DNA of 63,162 nucleotides, the filler included, from Lenisia limosa (lineage: Eukaryota; Protista; Breviatea): assembly GCA_001655205.1 (NCBI GenBank). It is 18 parts of 18 records of this genome, joined end to end, with 100 filler letters (N's around TTAATTAATTAA, not from the genome) between each part and the next. Parts side by side here need not be neighbours in the genome. Positions count along the whole stretch, not along the records: positions 31,694 to 34,438 come from LPNZ01011133.1; positions 34,539 to 40,857 come from LPNZ01005041.1; positions 40,958 to 49,178 come from LPNZ01010329.1; 15 more parts are not named here. The stretch is one strand, 5' to 3'. Shown piece after piece: positions 34,411-45,700 of the stretch (positions within the stretch are counted from its first letter, which is position 1; each line of letters begins with the position of its first letter). The notes below the pieces were generated by a model. The model saw nothing but the letters and a program-made list of their open reading frames with translations, was not told the origin of the DNA and did not search any database. Made by a program: the position numbers and the translations under genes.

Positions 34411-34915
34411 GAGAAGGAACGTTAATCTGGGTATCATGNNNNNNNNNNNNNNNNNNNNNNNNNNNNNNNNNNNNNNNNNNNNTTAATTAATTAANNNNNN
34501 NNNNNNNNNNNNNNNNNNNNNNNNNNNNNNNNNNNNNNTTCACAGTTTTGTCCCTGATTCACAGTTTTGTCCCGTGATTCATGTTTTGTCTATATATACA
34601 TATATGTCAAGACTTATCCTGGTCACTGTATGCCATATTGATATACTATGCTCTGAAGAAATGAAGAAAGACTCTCTGTCCAAACCGTCTACACTATCAC
34701 TTAGAGATGAGAAATCTGGCCGAAGCCGCCCACACCATCACAGATAGAAATATTGAATATGAGTAAATTGGAGTGATGAGAAATAGGATCTGGCCGAAGC
34801 CGTCCACACCATNNNNNNNNNNNNNNNNNNNNNNNNNNNNNNNNNNNNNNNNNNNNNNNNNNNNNNNNNNNNNNNNNNNNNNNNNNNNNNNNNNNNNNNN
34901 NNNNNCCTCCCCCAG

Positions 34916-37900
34916 GTACCACTTTGTCCTCAAAGTGACCAACTCATCTACAACGTCTTTCGAATGTGTCCAATGTAATGACGAGTGCGAGGGGATGTCA
35001 ATGTAATGATGAGTGTGAGGTAGGGTTTCACTTCGGTTCAAAAAAGACGGTAAAATATCGATAGTTTTCGAGGATTTATCGAAAATTTGTCTTGTTTCGA
35101 ACCTAAGTGAAGCCCTATGGATGGGGATGTCAATCATAAGGATAAAGTGATGTTGCAATATTATTCTAGAGTGGTAGGAGAGTATTTTTTAAAACAAATT
35201 ATAGCAGCACACACTCGAGAGGCTGGGAAAGACTTGACAGGTCGAGGTCCCTAGATATTCTACTACCCCATGCAAACTCCCTTCACTTTGTTCTAGTCAA
35301 CAGAGTTGATTTTGGGCTTTTATTATTATTATATATATCTATATATATAAATTGTTCAATTTCACTCTCCCCTATTTCACCCATTTTAGTGAATACAAGA
35401 GCACTCTCGGCCGAACTGGATGTATCTCCTGCGGGGACAATTCTGTTGGGAGGGGGGTAGACAACTATGATGGGAGGGGAGTAGACAACTCTGTGAACTG
35501 CCCAACAATTTAATTTCCTTTTAAGGTAACCAACACAACGGGGGCGACGTCAGCAGCATCTTGCTCGTGTCTCCCAGGCTATGCTGACAACCCAAATAAG
35601 GAAAGTGACTTTTCTGTCAACTGTGACTGTGCCCCGGGTTTCGGTTTTGATGATGAGAGGTACCCGGGGGTTTCAGGGGAAATGTCGTTTTTGGAAATGT
35701 CGTTTTGATTGTTGATTTTGGGCTTTCCCCATAAATTTTCCAATCTTACCTCCCCTCTCAGAGAAATTTGCGAGCCCTGTGATGTCGGGTTTTATCAGGA
35801 CAGCATCGCCAATGACGCGTGCGTGGTATGGGGGTTATGCAGTTTGAGATGATAGGAAGCCGAATCAAAAGGCTAAACCACAATCATGCGGTACTCAAAA
35901 CATACAAGGTCTACCGCCGTCTACTGCATCACGTGTTTGTTGTTGCTTGTTTTTATTTTCTATTTGCTTGGAGTTTCAGATTATTCGGTTCGTGATTAGT
36001 ACCTTTACGCCAATATTCTTCATCAAAATTTCCTTCATTTTACTATCGCCACAACCATCCCAATGATATGACACATATGTTTCGCAATGGAAAACAAACA
36101 ACAAGGTTGTCATCACGCTTTCGAGATATTGAATTATTTATACTAGTAATAGTATACATATAACCCCCCNNNNNNNNNNNNNNNNNNNNNNNNNNNNNNN
36201 NNNNNNNNNNNNNNNNNNNNNNNNNNNNNNNNNNNNNNNNNNNNNNNNNNNNNAGCTCTGCTCCTGTCTCAGCGGCTTCTACAGACCCCAGGGCGCGGCC
36301 GTGGGCGATGCTTGCCTGGTTGGTTGGGGGGAGGTATGCTTGCCTGGTTGGTTGGGGGGAGGTATGCTTACCTGGTTGGTTGGGGGGATTAGATGGTATT
36401 TGTTGATGTGATAATAAGCTATAGTAGTAGTATATCATATGTATCATTAGTGATTGGGATAAGTTTTGACCGATTGCTCTATGATTTACCAAGAAAAATC
36501 GGTCAAGACTTATCCTGGTCACTATATATGGCGAGGGGGGGACAAGAGAAATAATATATCGTATACATGCCTGATAAATTTCCATTTTACACCATCAGGA
36601 GTGCCCAGAAGGTGCCACGTGCGAGGGAGGTGATGAGTGGCCTGTTGCCGATAACGGCTTTTATATGGTATGTGTCGGATTACCTTCCATATTAGGCAAG
36701 TTACTACCATATTAAGTCACTTATCATAACTTACCATATTAGGCAGCTGATAATAGTGACATTTTCCTGGAGTGCACCTCGGAAGAGGCGTGTCTGCCTG
36801 GTAACACCTGCGGTTNNNNNNNNNNNNNNNNNNNNNNNNNNNNNNNNNNNNNNNNNNNNNNNNNNNNNNNNNNNNNNNNNNNNNNNNNNNNNNNNNNNNN
36901 NNNNNNNNNNNNNNNNNNNNNNNNNNNNNNNNNNNNNNNNNNNNNNNNNNNNNNNNNNNNNNNNNNNNNNNNNNNNNNNNNNNNNNNNNNNNNNNNNNNN
37001 NNNNNNNNNNNNNNNNNNNNNNNNNNNNNNNNNNNNNNTAAATTATCCCATTTTACTCCTTATCTCTCATTATTCAGGACTTGGCTATACTGGACATGTG
37101 TGCGCAGAGTGTGAGGAAGGGTACTACCGTCTTGATTCCCGCTGTCTCCAATGCAACAACAGCAATAAGTGGGTTATTTGAATACAGTCTATTGTAATCA
37201 GCATAAAGAGTAAAAGCTCTATTGTAATTAGAATCTTAAAGATCCAGAGGGGGGGGAGGGGCTGCATACCACCACCCTTCATTGTACCCCCCTCCCCAGG
37301 TACCTTATGGGGCCCTCGGGGGTTTAAGTGTTTACGTAAATTTAGCTGTATTTAAAAACTTAAATCCCGAGGCTGTCCTTTACCCCTATACGCTCTAAAC
37401 CCCCAGGTACCTGCTGCCGACCACGGCGATTTTAGTCGTTATTGTGGTGTTCGTGATCTACTTCATGAGCTACAGGTCTGGGGGTATGAAGAGTGTATTA
37501 TGACATATGCATATCATAATATATATCATATGATGATGATAAGTGATATGGGGCAAATATGAGCAAGGAGGGGGGGGGTAATAAAATTGGAAAACTAAAA
37601 GAAGAATGGTTGGCCTGTGGGGGGAGGTGAGTACGTCACAAGAAGTGTATTAATTGGTTGTGTTATTTATCTTTTCTCCTTTTGTAAAAAAGAATACTAC
37701 AACCCAATATCTCTAATGAGTGTGATGGTATGGAAGGCTTCGGTCATACGCTAGATTATATATTTTTTTATAATGTATTATTTCCTTGACACCCAGGGCA
37801 CAGTCAGACCCCCGATTTGGCGCTCTGCGTATCGTTTTCAACTTCCTTCAGGTATGCTGTTATTTTTTTTTTTGTGATGGTGGTGGTGGTGGTGGTGATG

Positions 37901-40793
37901 ATGTTGTTTTATTCGTCTTGTTGTTCCTTTGTTTCGTCTTGTTGTTCCTTTTTTCCTTCTCCCATCAAGAGGTACATACATATACATGTACATACATACA
38001 ATGTCACATTTCCCACCCACATACACATCAGAGTTGATTTTGGGCTTTTTGTTTTGTTTCATAACTTCCCATTCTCGGCTCATCTAAAAAAGGGGGTGGC
38101 AGCGTCTGTAATTAAATGAAGTGATTGAGTATTTTTATGAACAAAATTGCAATAGATAAAAGAGTTATTTAATTTGGCAAATACATAGACGTTTTTTTTA
38201 ACCCATTTTTAAACAAGCCCCATTTTCACCCCCAGATCACAGTGTACGCCAATATTCTTCGTTTTACTCCCCCAGATCACAGCGCTCTATGCTGAGTTCA
38301 ACGTCGCGTGGCCGTCAACCCTCCAGAACACCTTTGCAGCCTTCGGAGTCTTCAATATCAATTTACAGGTAATAAGAGATATAATTGGGGGTATTATGAT
38401 TTTGGAGTGAGGGCGTTCACACCCATTTTCAGGCTCATTGATTCACACACCTCCACCTTTGCTTTGTTTTTTGTAGTTTCTTCGTTTTACTCCAGATGCG
38501 GTGCTGCAGAAGCTGGCCTGGGCTTTGTTTGTTTTACCCCCCCCCCCCNNNNNNNNNNNNNNNNNNNNNNNNNNNNNNNNNNNNNNNNNNNNNNNNNNNN
38601 NNNNNNNNNNNNNNNNNNNNNNNNNNNNNNNNNTCCTCTTCGCCGCCAAAGTGCTGCTCCCCCTGGCGTTCGTTATCCTTGTGGGGGGGGGGTAATGGGT
38701 GTGTGTAAAGGTAAATATTAGACTTGTTTCGCCACCTAATTAACCGCGCATTTAATCGTTCACCAAAATGAGTTGATTTTGGGTTGTTTGTTGATAAATT
38801 TTTCAATTAATCCCCCCAGGTCGGTATTTTCTACTCCATTGTGCGGCTGCATACGATCATCCTCGAGGCTCTTGAGAGACGTGGTGGGGGGGGGGCAATT
38901 ACGGCTTCACTTCGGTTCGAAAATAGACTGAATTTGTCGATAAATCCTCGAAAATTATCGAGATTCCAACGGTCTTTTTCGGACCGTATACCCCACTCAT
39001 AGGTACAGTTTCGACATATACTAATGCCACCACCCCCTCCTCAAAATCTCCTTCGTTTTATATGCTGGAGTGATGGGATGCGGTGCTGCAGAAACGACTG
39101 GCCTGTGCTTTGTTTGTTTTGCTGTTATCACCCCTTGTGTGTTGTCAGCCAACAGAGTTGATTGGGGCTTTTTTGTTTCATAAATTATCCAATAATATCA
39201 CTGGCCTGTGCTTGTTTGTTTTGCTGTTATCACCCCTTGTGTGTTGTCAGCCAACAGAGTTGATTGGGGCTNNNNNNNNNNNNNNNNNNNNNNNNNNNNN
39301 NNNNNNNNNNNNNNNNNNNNNNNNNNNNNNNNNNNNNNNNNNNNNNNNNNNNNNNNNNNNNNNNNNNNNNNNNNNNNNNNNNNNNNNNNNNNNNNNNNNN
39401 NNNNNNNNNNNNNNNNNNNNNNNNNNNNNNNNNNNNNNNNNNNNNNNNNNNNNNNNNNNNCTTTCTGCTCTCCGCAGCTGCTTTTGCTCTGACTTGTTCC
39501 ATGATACGATGGCTACAGAAGCGACTGGCAACTTTGTATTTAACTACCTGTTTACAACCCTCTTATGTTTCTAGCAACAGAGTTGAATTTGGGCTTTTAT
39601 TTGTTTCATTCATCTCCCATCACTCTCCCATAGATTTGCAGGAACCCGTACGCTGCTCACCATCCTGGTTATCATATACCTTCCCCTGGCCACGACCACG
39701 CTGAAGTACTTCGACTGCACCAGCCAGCCGGATGGGTCGCTACTGCTTGACGCGGCCCCGAGCATAGAGTGGGTTTTTGGGCTTCACTTCGGTTCGTGAA
39801 TTTCTCGATAAATCCTCGAAAACTATCGATATTTTACCGGTCCTTTTCGAACCGAAGTGAAGCCCAAGTTGTATAGTTGGCTTTTTATCCCTTCCCGTTA
39901 AACCCTTCTTTGCCGATGGAGTGATGGGATGCGGTGCTGCAGAAGCGACTCTGTATTGTTTGTTTTGTTGTTCTCAACCCTCGTGTGTTTCTCTAACCAA
40001 CAGAGTTGATTGTGGCTTTTATTTTTTTTTCATCGCTTTTCATTTTCCACCGCTTTCTACATTTTCATTTACCCTCCCCCAGGTGCTACCAAGGTGACCA
40101 CATGAAATACCTGCCGATTGCGGTTCTAGCAACCCTTGTCCTCGTCTGCGGTATTCCGTACTTCATGTGGAAAGTCTTCAAAATCATCAAGGTGGGTTTT
40201 TAATTGTTTTTTTTTTGTTTTTTTTCTTTTTCTTTTTCTTTTTCTTTTTCGTATGTACACATACAAACCACTGTAGGAAAAAAAAAACATTTTCCAGGAA
40301 AACTGCAAGTAAAGTGGAACAATCCTGACTCAGGGGTTTTCTTATTATCAAAACATATTACAGAAACACAGCGCATTGTTGTTCATGATGGTTAACCCCC
40401 TCTTCTATTTCGAAATAGGGCTCCGTGCAATTTGACGGCCTGAAATGGGGTTCTCGTGACAGTGTTCCACTTCAAATTTTGCAATTTTTCAATCGTAAGA
40501 ACCCAATAACTCCCTAAGGATGAGCCAACCGACGAGTACTACTACGCCAAATACGGCTTCCTCTATGTCCGGTACAAGACCCGTGTTTATTGGTGGGGGC
40601 TTGGTTGTGTTTTTAATGTTTTTTTTTTGTTTTTGTTTTTTTGCAGTAAAGTCTCTATTGAAACTAGGACCATAAAGATCCTATTGGCGGGGAGGGGTAG
40701 ACAGTTGACGTTATCTTGTAATATTGCAGGTGGGAGCTGGTGATTTTGGCGCGCAAGCTTGGCATTGTCATCGTTTTTGTCTTCCTCACTAAG
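34916..40793 (+). CDS. Cys-rich repeat (GCC2/GCC3-like) multipass membrane protein, partial
   Basis: Ectodomain exons EICEPCDVGFYQDSIANDACV, ECPEGATCEGG and GYTGHVCAECEEGYYRLDSRCLQC. TM exons YLLPTTAILVVIVVFVIYF, ALRIVFNFLQ|ITALYAEFNVAWPSTL, YLPLATTTLKYFDCT, YLPIAVLATLVLVCGIPYF and YGFLYVRYKTRVYW|WELVILARKLGIVIVFVFL. Confidence 0.85.
35023..35115. mobile_element. Family A MITE, TA-flanked, reverse orientation
   Basis: TA|gggtttcacttcggttc...tttcgaacctaagtgaagccc|TA. Confidence 0.9.
36448..36524. mobile_element. Family C MITE, reverse orientation
   Basis: tagtgattgggataagttttgaccgatt...aatcggtcaagacttatcctggtcacta. Confidence 0.8.
38903..38986. mobile_element. Family A MITE, right end truncated
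   Basis: ggcttcacttcggttcgaaaatagactgaatttgtcgataaatcctcg...ggtctttttcggaccg. Confidence 0.8.
39062..39271 (+). repeat. ITR, tandem copies inside an intron
   Basis: atgctggagtgatgggatgcggtgctgcagaaacgactggcctgtg...gccaacagagttgattggggc, then actggcctgtg...gttgattggggct repeated. Confidence 0.85.
39779..39865. mobile_element. Family A MITE (87 bp) near the intron donor
   Basis: gggcttcacttcggttcg...cttttcgaaccgaagtgaagccc; perfect 18-bp TIR. Confidence 0.92.
40418..40504. mobile_element. Family D element
   Basis: TA|gggctccgtgcaatttgacggcctgaaatggggttctcg...cacttcaaattttgcaatt. Confidence 0.65.
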
Positions 40794-41220
40794 GTATGAG
40801 GGTTTAGAAAACATCTTTTTTGGATTATTTGGTTTGGCATTTACTTTTTTTATTAAANNNNNNNNNNNNNNNNNNNNNNNNNNNNNNNNNNNNNNNNNNN
40901 NTTAATTAATTAANNNNNNNNNNNNNNNNNNNNNNNNNNNNNNNNNNNNNNNNNNNNCAAACCTGTGGTGTGCTGCTCCTGTGCACAAAGTGGGTGAGGG
41001 TGCTCTTTTCACGATTAGTGTTCCTCATAAAAGTTGTCCGTATTCTCATTCCCTGTCACAGATTTTTCGGTTTGTAATTAGTGCCTTTTCACCAGTATTC
41101 TTCATTTCCTTCGTTTGCCCATGATACTCCCCCTATGTCCGGGCTTTTTTTTTTGTTGTTATCAGTTGATTTTGGGCTTTTTTATTTCATAAATTTTCCA
41201 ATTTTACCCCCCCCCCCCAG

Positions 41221-42568
41221 TGCTGACGGGCCTCTCTGCAATGTACCATCGTCATTCCGGCATGGCTGTTTGCTCTGAATGCCACCCAGTGAGGGGGGGT
41301 CGTATCTTGTCTGTGTGTGTGGGTGTGACAGGGAAGATATTCTTTTACTCTGTTCGTGGTTAGCACGTAACGATATTCTTCATCGTTTTTTCCTTCGTTT
41401 TTAATCAACCCTTTCGCAGACCTTCAGCACCAATGTTGGCATTTCAGTACCCTACAATAGCCTGGCTGAAGACGTCAAAACCCTGGTTCCCATTTTCGGC
41501 TCTCCTCAGGTCCGTTCCCGCTTGGTTGCTTCTTCGCTTTCCTTCTTTCTTTGCATTCTTTCTCTTTTTTTCTTCTTGCTTTGTTTTTCGTACTCTTTGT
41601 TTCTCCCCTTTCTCTTTATTATCCTCTCACCTATATTCTCCCTGCTCACGCTTTCAGGTCCATGAGCTCCTGACTNNNNNNNNNNNNNNNNNNNNNNNNN
41701 NNNNNNNNNNNNNNNNNNNNNNNNTTCATTATCTGTATGTGTGTTATGTATATGTGGGCAGGTAGTAAAAGCAGTGTATTTCTTCCTTCCCAACCTCATA
41801 ATATTTCCTATGATCTGAAAAAGACCGGTAAAATATCGCTATTTATCGAGAATTCAGCCACCCATAATTAACCTGGGCATTTGATTTCACTCTTCAGTCG
41901 GCCAAGATCACCCCCGTACCCAATATGATGGAGCGCCTGGCTGAGGACCTCACCGTCCCCTCCATTGTCAAGAGATGGCTTATGGGCCTCAGCGGTGGGA
42001 CATCTTCTTTGCTTTCGAGTTATTTGACCCGTGAATAGTCTTTAATCATTTGTTATCAACCCTTGTGTGTTGTCAGCCAACAGAGCTGATTGGGCTTTTT
42101 TGTTCCATAAATTTACAAATTTTANNNNNNNNNNNNNNNNNNNNNNNNNNNNNNNNNNNNNNNNNNNNNNNNNNNNNNNNNNNNNNNNNNNNNNNNNNNN
42201 NNNNNNNNNNNNNNNNNNNNNNNNNNNNNNNNNNNNNNNNNNNNNNNNTCCGTGGATTCCTTACTGCTCACCCGGAGCGTGAATAAGCCTTTCTGTGTAA
42301 TATATTGTCTCTGTTTATTTACTACCTTGATTAAAAGCCTCCCTCAATAAAAATCAATAGTTGGTCTAAGATTGTCGAGACACTGAAACTCAAGGCCTTC
42401 AAGTCCTAATAATATATGACATTCTTCCAACAACGAATTAAATAAACCTAAAAATACAACCTTCCCTTAGGCAACTTCCATATTTGGGGTGCCGCCCATC
42501 CACACATCGCCCCGGTCGTCACCAAATTCGAAATCGGCACTATCGTCAAGTCTTTGTCCGTATTCTGA
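41221..42568 (+). CDS. 3' part of an unknown gene
   Basis: Exons TFSTNVGISVPYNSLAEDVKTL, SAKITPVPNMMERLAEDLTVPSIVKRWLMGLS and RGFLTAHPER|NFHIWGAAHPHIAPVVTKFEIGTI have GT-AG boundaries. No family recognised. Confidence 0.55.
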
Positions 42569-42785
42569 AGGATGAAATAAAGGAAATAGCAAAAAAAAAA
42601 ACAATAAAAAAGGAGCCGTATGATGCGAATATAATGAGGAGAGTGATGATGGGTGGATATCATTGAGACGTATCAGTCACTTATCATAAGTGGATATGAA
42701 CTGTGGAAAATGATAGTTCACACTTGTGAAAATGACCCAAAGTAAGATGATAAGTTATGACACGATAAGATGAAAGAATACCCTC

Positions 42786-45700
42786 ATACCCGCTTCTCCT
42801 GTTGTGACATCTTCGAATTGCGAAAGGGCTGCTAAAGGCAAGCCACGACCTGTATAGTAAGCGATAGGACGGTCTCACCAATTGCTAACGTAATGATTCT
42901 CAACCCATCTTCCCATCTTGTTTTGTTGTTCTCAAACCATCTTCCCATCTTGTTTTGTTGTTCTCAACCCATCTTCCCATCTTGCTTTGTTGTTCTCAAC
43001 CCGTGTGTATTAAATTGATTTTGAGTTTTTTTTGTTTCCTAAATTATCCAATTGTACTCCCCCCCCCTCCCGTACCGGCTGAAGGCCGTTTGAGAATGGG
43101 CTCATAATCTGGTTCTGGTCCGGCATCATCCTTTAGGGGGAAATAAGNNNNNNNNNNNNNNNNNNNNNNNNNNNNNNNNNNNNNNNNNNNNNNNNNNNNN
43201 NNNNNNNNNNNNNNNNNNNNNNNNNNNNNNNNNNNNNNNNNNNNNNNNNNNNNNNNNNNNNNNNNNNNNNNNNNNNNNNNNNNNNNNNNNNNNNNNNNNN
43301 NNNNNNNNNNNNNNNGCCAAATTGCAACATCATATACTATGATATACTATATCCCATAGTAAGTCCCCAATTACTGTATACGAAGGGCCCATAGTAGCGA
43401 GACGATTGTTGCGTCTCCTTGCTGGCTTTGGGGCTGGGGGCTGAGGAGGTAAGGACAAATATGCAGTGATGTGATAAGTCCCGACACGATTGACTAAAGG
43501 TAAAGCTCAATATCTCTGTCATGACTTATCGGTCAATATGTAATTATATAAGTGGCTACAAAGGAAAGCTCTCGTCTTCGTTTTATTGTTTAGGGTGCCT
43601 AAAAGTATGGGGTTAGAGGTTGTTTGTCGAGCATGCCCATCACATTTATAGATACTATTGACGATAGTGTCTTAACACCAAGTTTATATCATGTTTCTCA
43701 GAGATCATGGATTATGTATTATTACAAACTCCACATGGTAACTCACCTCGACAGTCCTCGCGATTTCCTGTTGTTTCTTTACCTCCTCGAAGGGCGTGGC
43801 GTCATAAAGGTCTTCACCATCATCATCACCAAGCCAGTCCAGTCCACCTCCAAAGCCCCTTTCTGGGGGTAGTGTCAGATGCGTCTGTTATATCTTATAA
43901 TATATCACTCCAGTCATCAGAAATGCTGCAGTATTTCCTCCTCGCTTTATAGATTTACCGAAAATTTATGAGAGATTATTGGTTTACTGCGGATTAACTA
44001 GGTCTTACCGATATTAAGGATATCAAGGATTATCGAGGATTTATCGTTAATTGAGGATTTATCAGGATTCGAGGATTTATCGCGGTTTTGTCACACAACT
44101 TACTTTCCATTGCCGCAGGGGGTGACTGAGCCTTAGTCGGGGGCGAGGGGTCCTCCAAATGTGAGGCTGCAGTATCCATTGCGTCAGGGTCCCAGTCCTA
44201 AGGGGTTAGTGGAAACCTTCGATTTTGCTTCCTATCATTTATTGATGCATTGCTGACCCCTATCCCACATCGTCAAGACTGTCATCAGAGAGTGAGTGGC
44301 GGATGTTGATCGGCTTCTGCCGGACCAAGCCGCTTCCGATACTGTCCATAGAGCCGACCGCTTCAATACCGCCTTTGGGGGGTAAGGATAATGGGATATT
44401 CAGGGGGTTCTGTGAAACAGTTGAAAATAAAAATCAACTCTTAAGGCTAAAAAAACCCAACAAAAACCCAATAAAAAACCAATAAAAAACAAAAAACCAA
44501 CAAAAAAAAGAAAACCATGATGTAAATCACCTTTGCCACCCCCCAACCATGATGTAAATCATCATCACTTTCGTCCCAGCTGCCTCGCNNNNNNNNNNNN
44601 NNNNNNNNNNNNNNNNNNNNNNNNNNNNNNNNNNNNNNNNNNNNNNNNNNNNNNNNNNNNNNNNNNNNNNNNNNNNNNNNNNNNNNNNNNNNNNNNNNNN
44701 NNNNNNNNNNNNNNNNNNNNNNNNNGAGGGATTGTAAAATATCATAAGCTAAAAGCCCATACAGCACTGTTGGCTAAACATAGACAACACTGTAGCCCAT
44801 ACACAGCTCTGTTGGCTACACATAGTATCAACTTGATGCTGGTGGTGGAGAGTCATAAAGGAAGTTTTAAAACATAAAACAAAACTAACCAAAATCAACT
44901 CTGTTGGGAAAGGTGAGTTTTTGAGACCCCTCAAAAAAAAATAAAAAAAAAAAGAAAAAAAGAAAAAAAAAAAAANNNNNNNNNNNNNNNNNNNNNNNNN
45001 NNNNNNNNNNNNNNNNNNNNNNNNNNNNNNNNNNNNNNNNNNNNNNNNNNNNNNNNNNNNNNNNNNNNNNNNNNNNNNNNNNNNNNNNNNNNNNNNNNNN
45101 NNNNNNNNNNNNNNNNNNNNNNNNNNNNNNNNNNNNNNNNNNNNNNNNNNTGGCCGGGGCTGGGCGGAGTTAAAGTGGAAAATTTATGAAACAAAAAATA
45201 ATCAACTCTGTTGGCTGAAACACACGAGCTGAAATGAAATCATGAAAGGGGAGGAGGTGATAAGAGGGCTGAGGGAGTGATAAGAGGGCTGAGGGAGTGA
45301 GTATATAATGGGGTGGAAGCAACACTCTACTCTGAATGTTGATATGTGTGGGTACCCATCCATGCCTTCCGATCCCAAGTCCCTGTTTTTTTGTGTATTT
45401 CTTTTTCTTTAATAAATAAACATTTCTACACCTGCAAAAAGTAAGATTTGCGTCATAATAAACATGGTTGAAACGCCAGAGAACAAAACCCACCATCAAC
45501 GTCCCTTCGAGAATCCGAGAGGCGCAACGGGGAAATTGGGGGTGACATTGTTTCATCAGACCGACTCTGTAACAGACTAGGCCCCATACTAGAAGCTTGG
45601 GCCGCTGGTAGGTGGAAGGGTGAGGCGAAGGGAGTTTTAATGGTGGCTGAAAATGGAAATTTATTCGTTGGTGGGAAAATGGTAATAATGTCTTCTCAAT

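Noticed and set aside
10706-40793. U12-type or non-canonical introns
   Set aside because: All junctions I could phase-check resolve as GT-AG, and none had a GTATCCTT or ATATCCTT donor.
41221-41290. Alternative genetic code (in-frame TGA in one attractive reading frame)
   Set aside because: Another frame is open and in phase with the next exon. NNT and dynein use TGG for Trp, and the 316-codon Gln-rich exon has no in-frame TAA or TAG.
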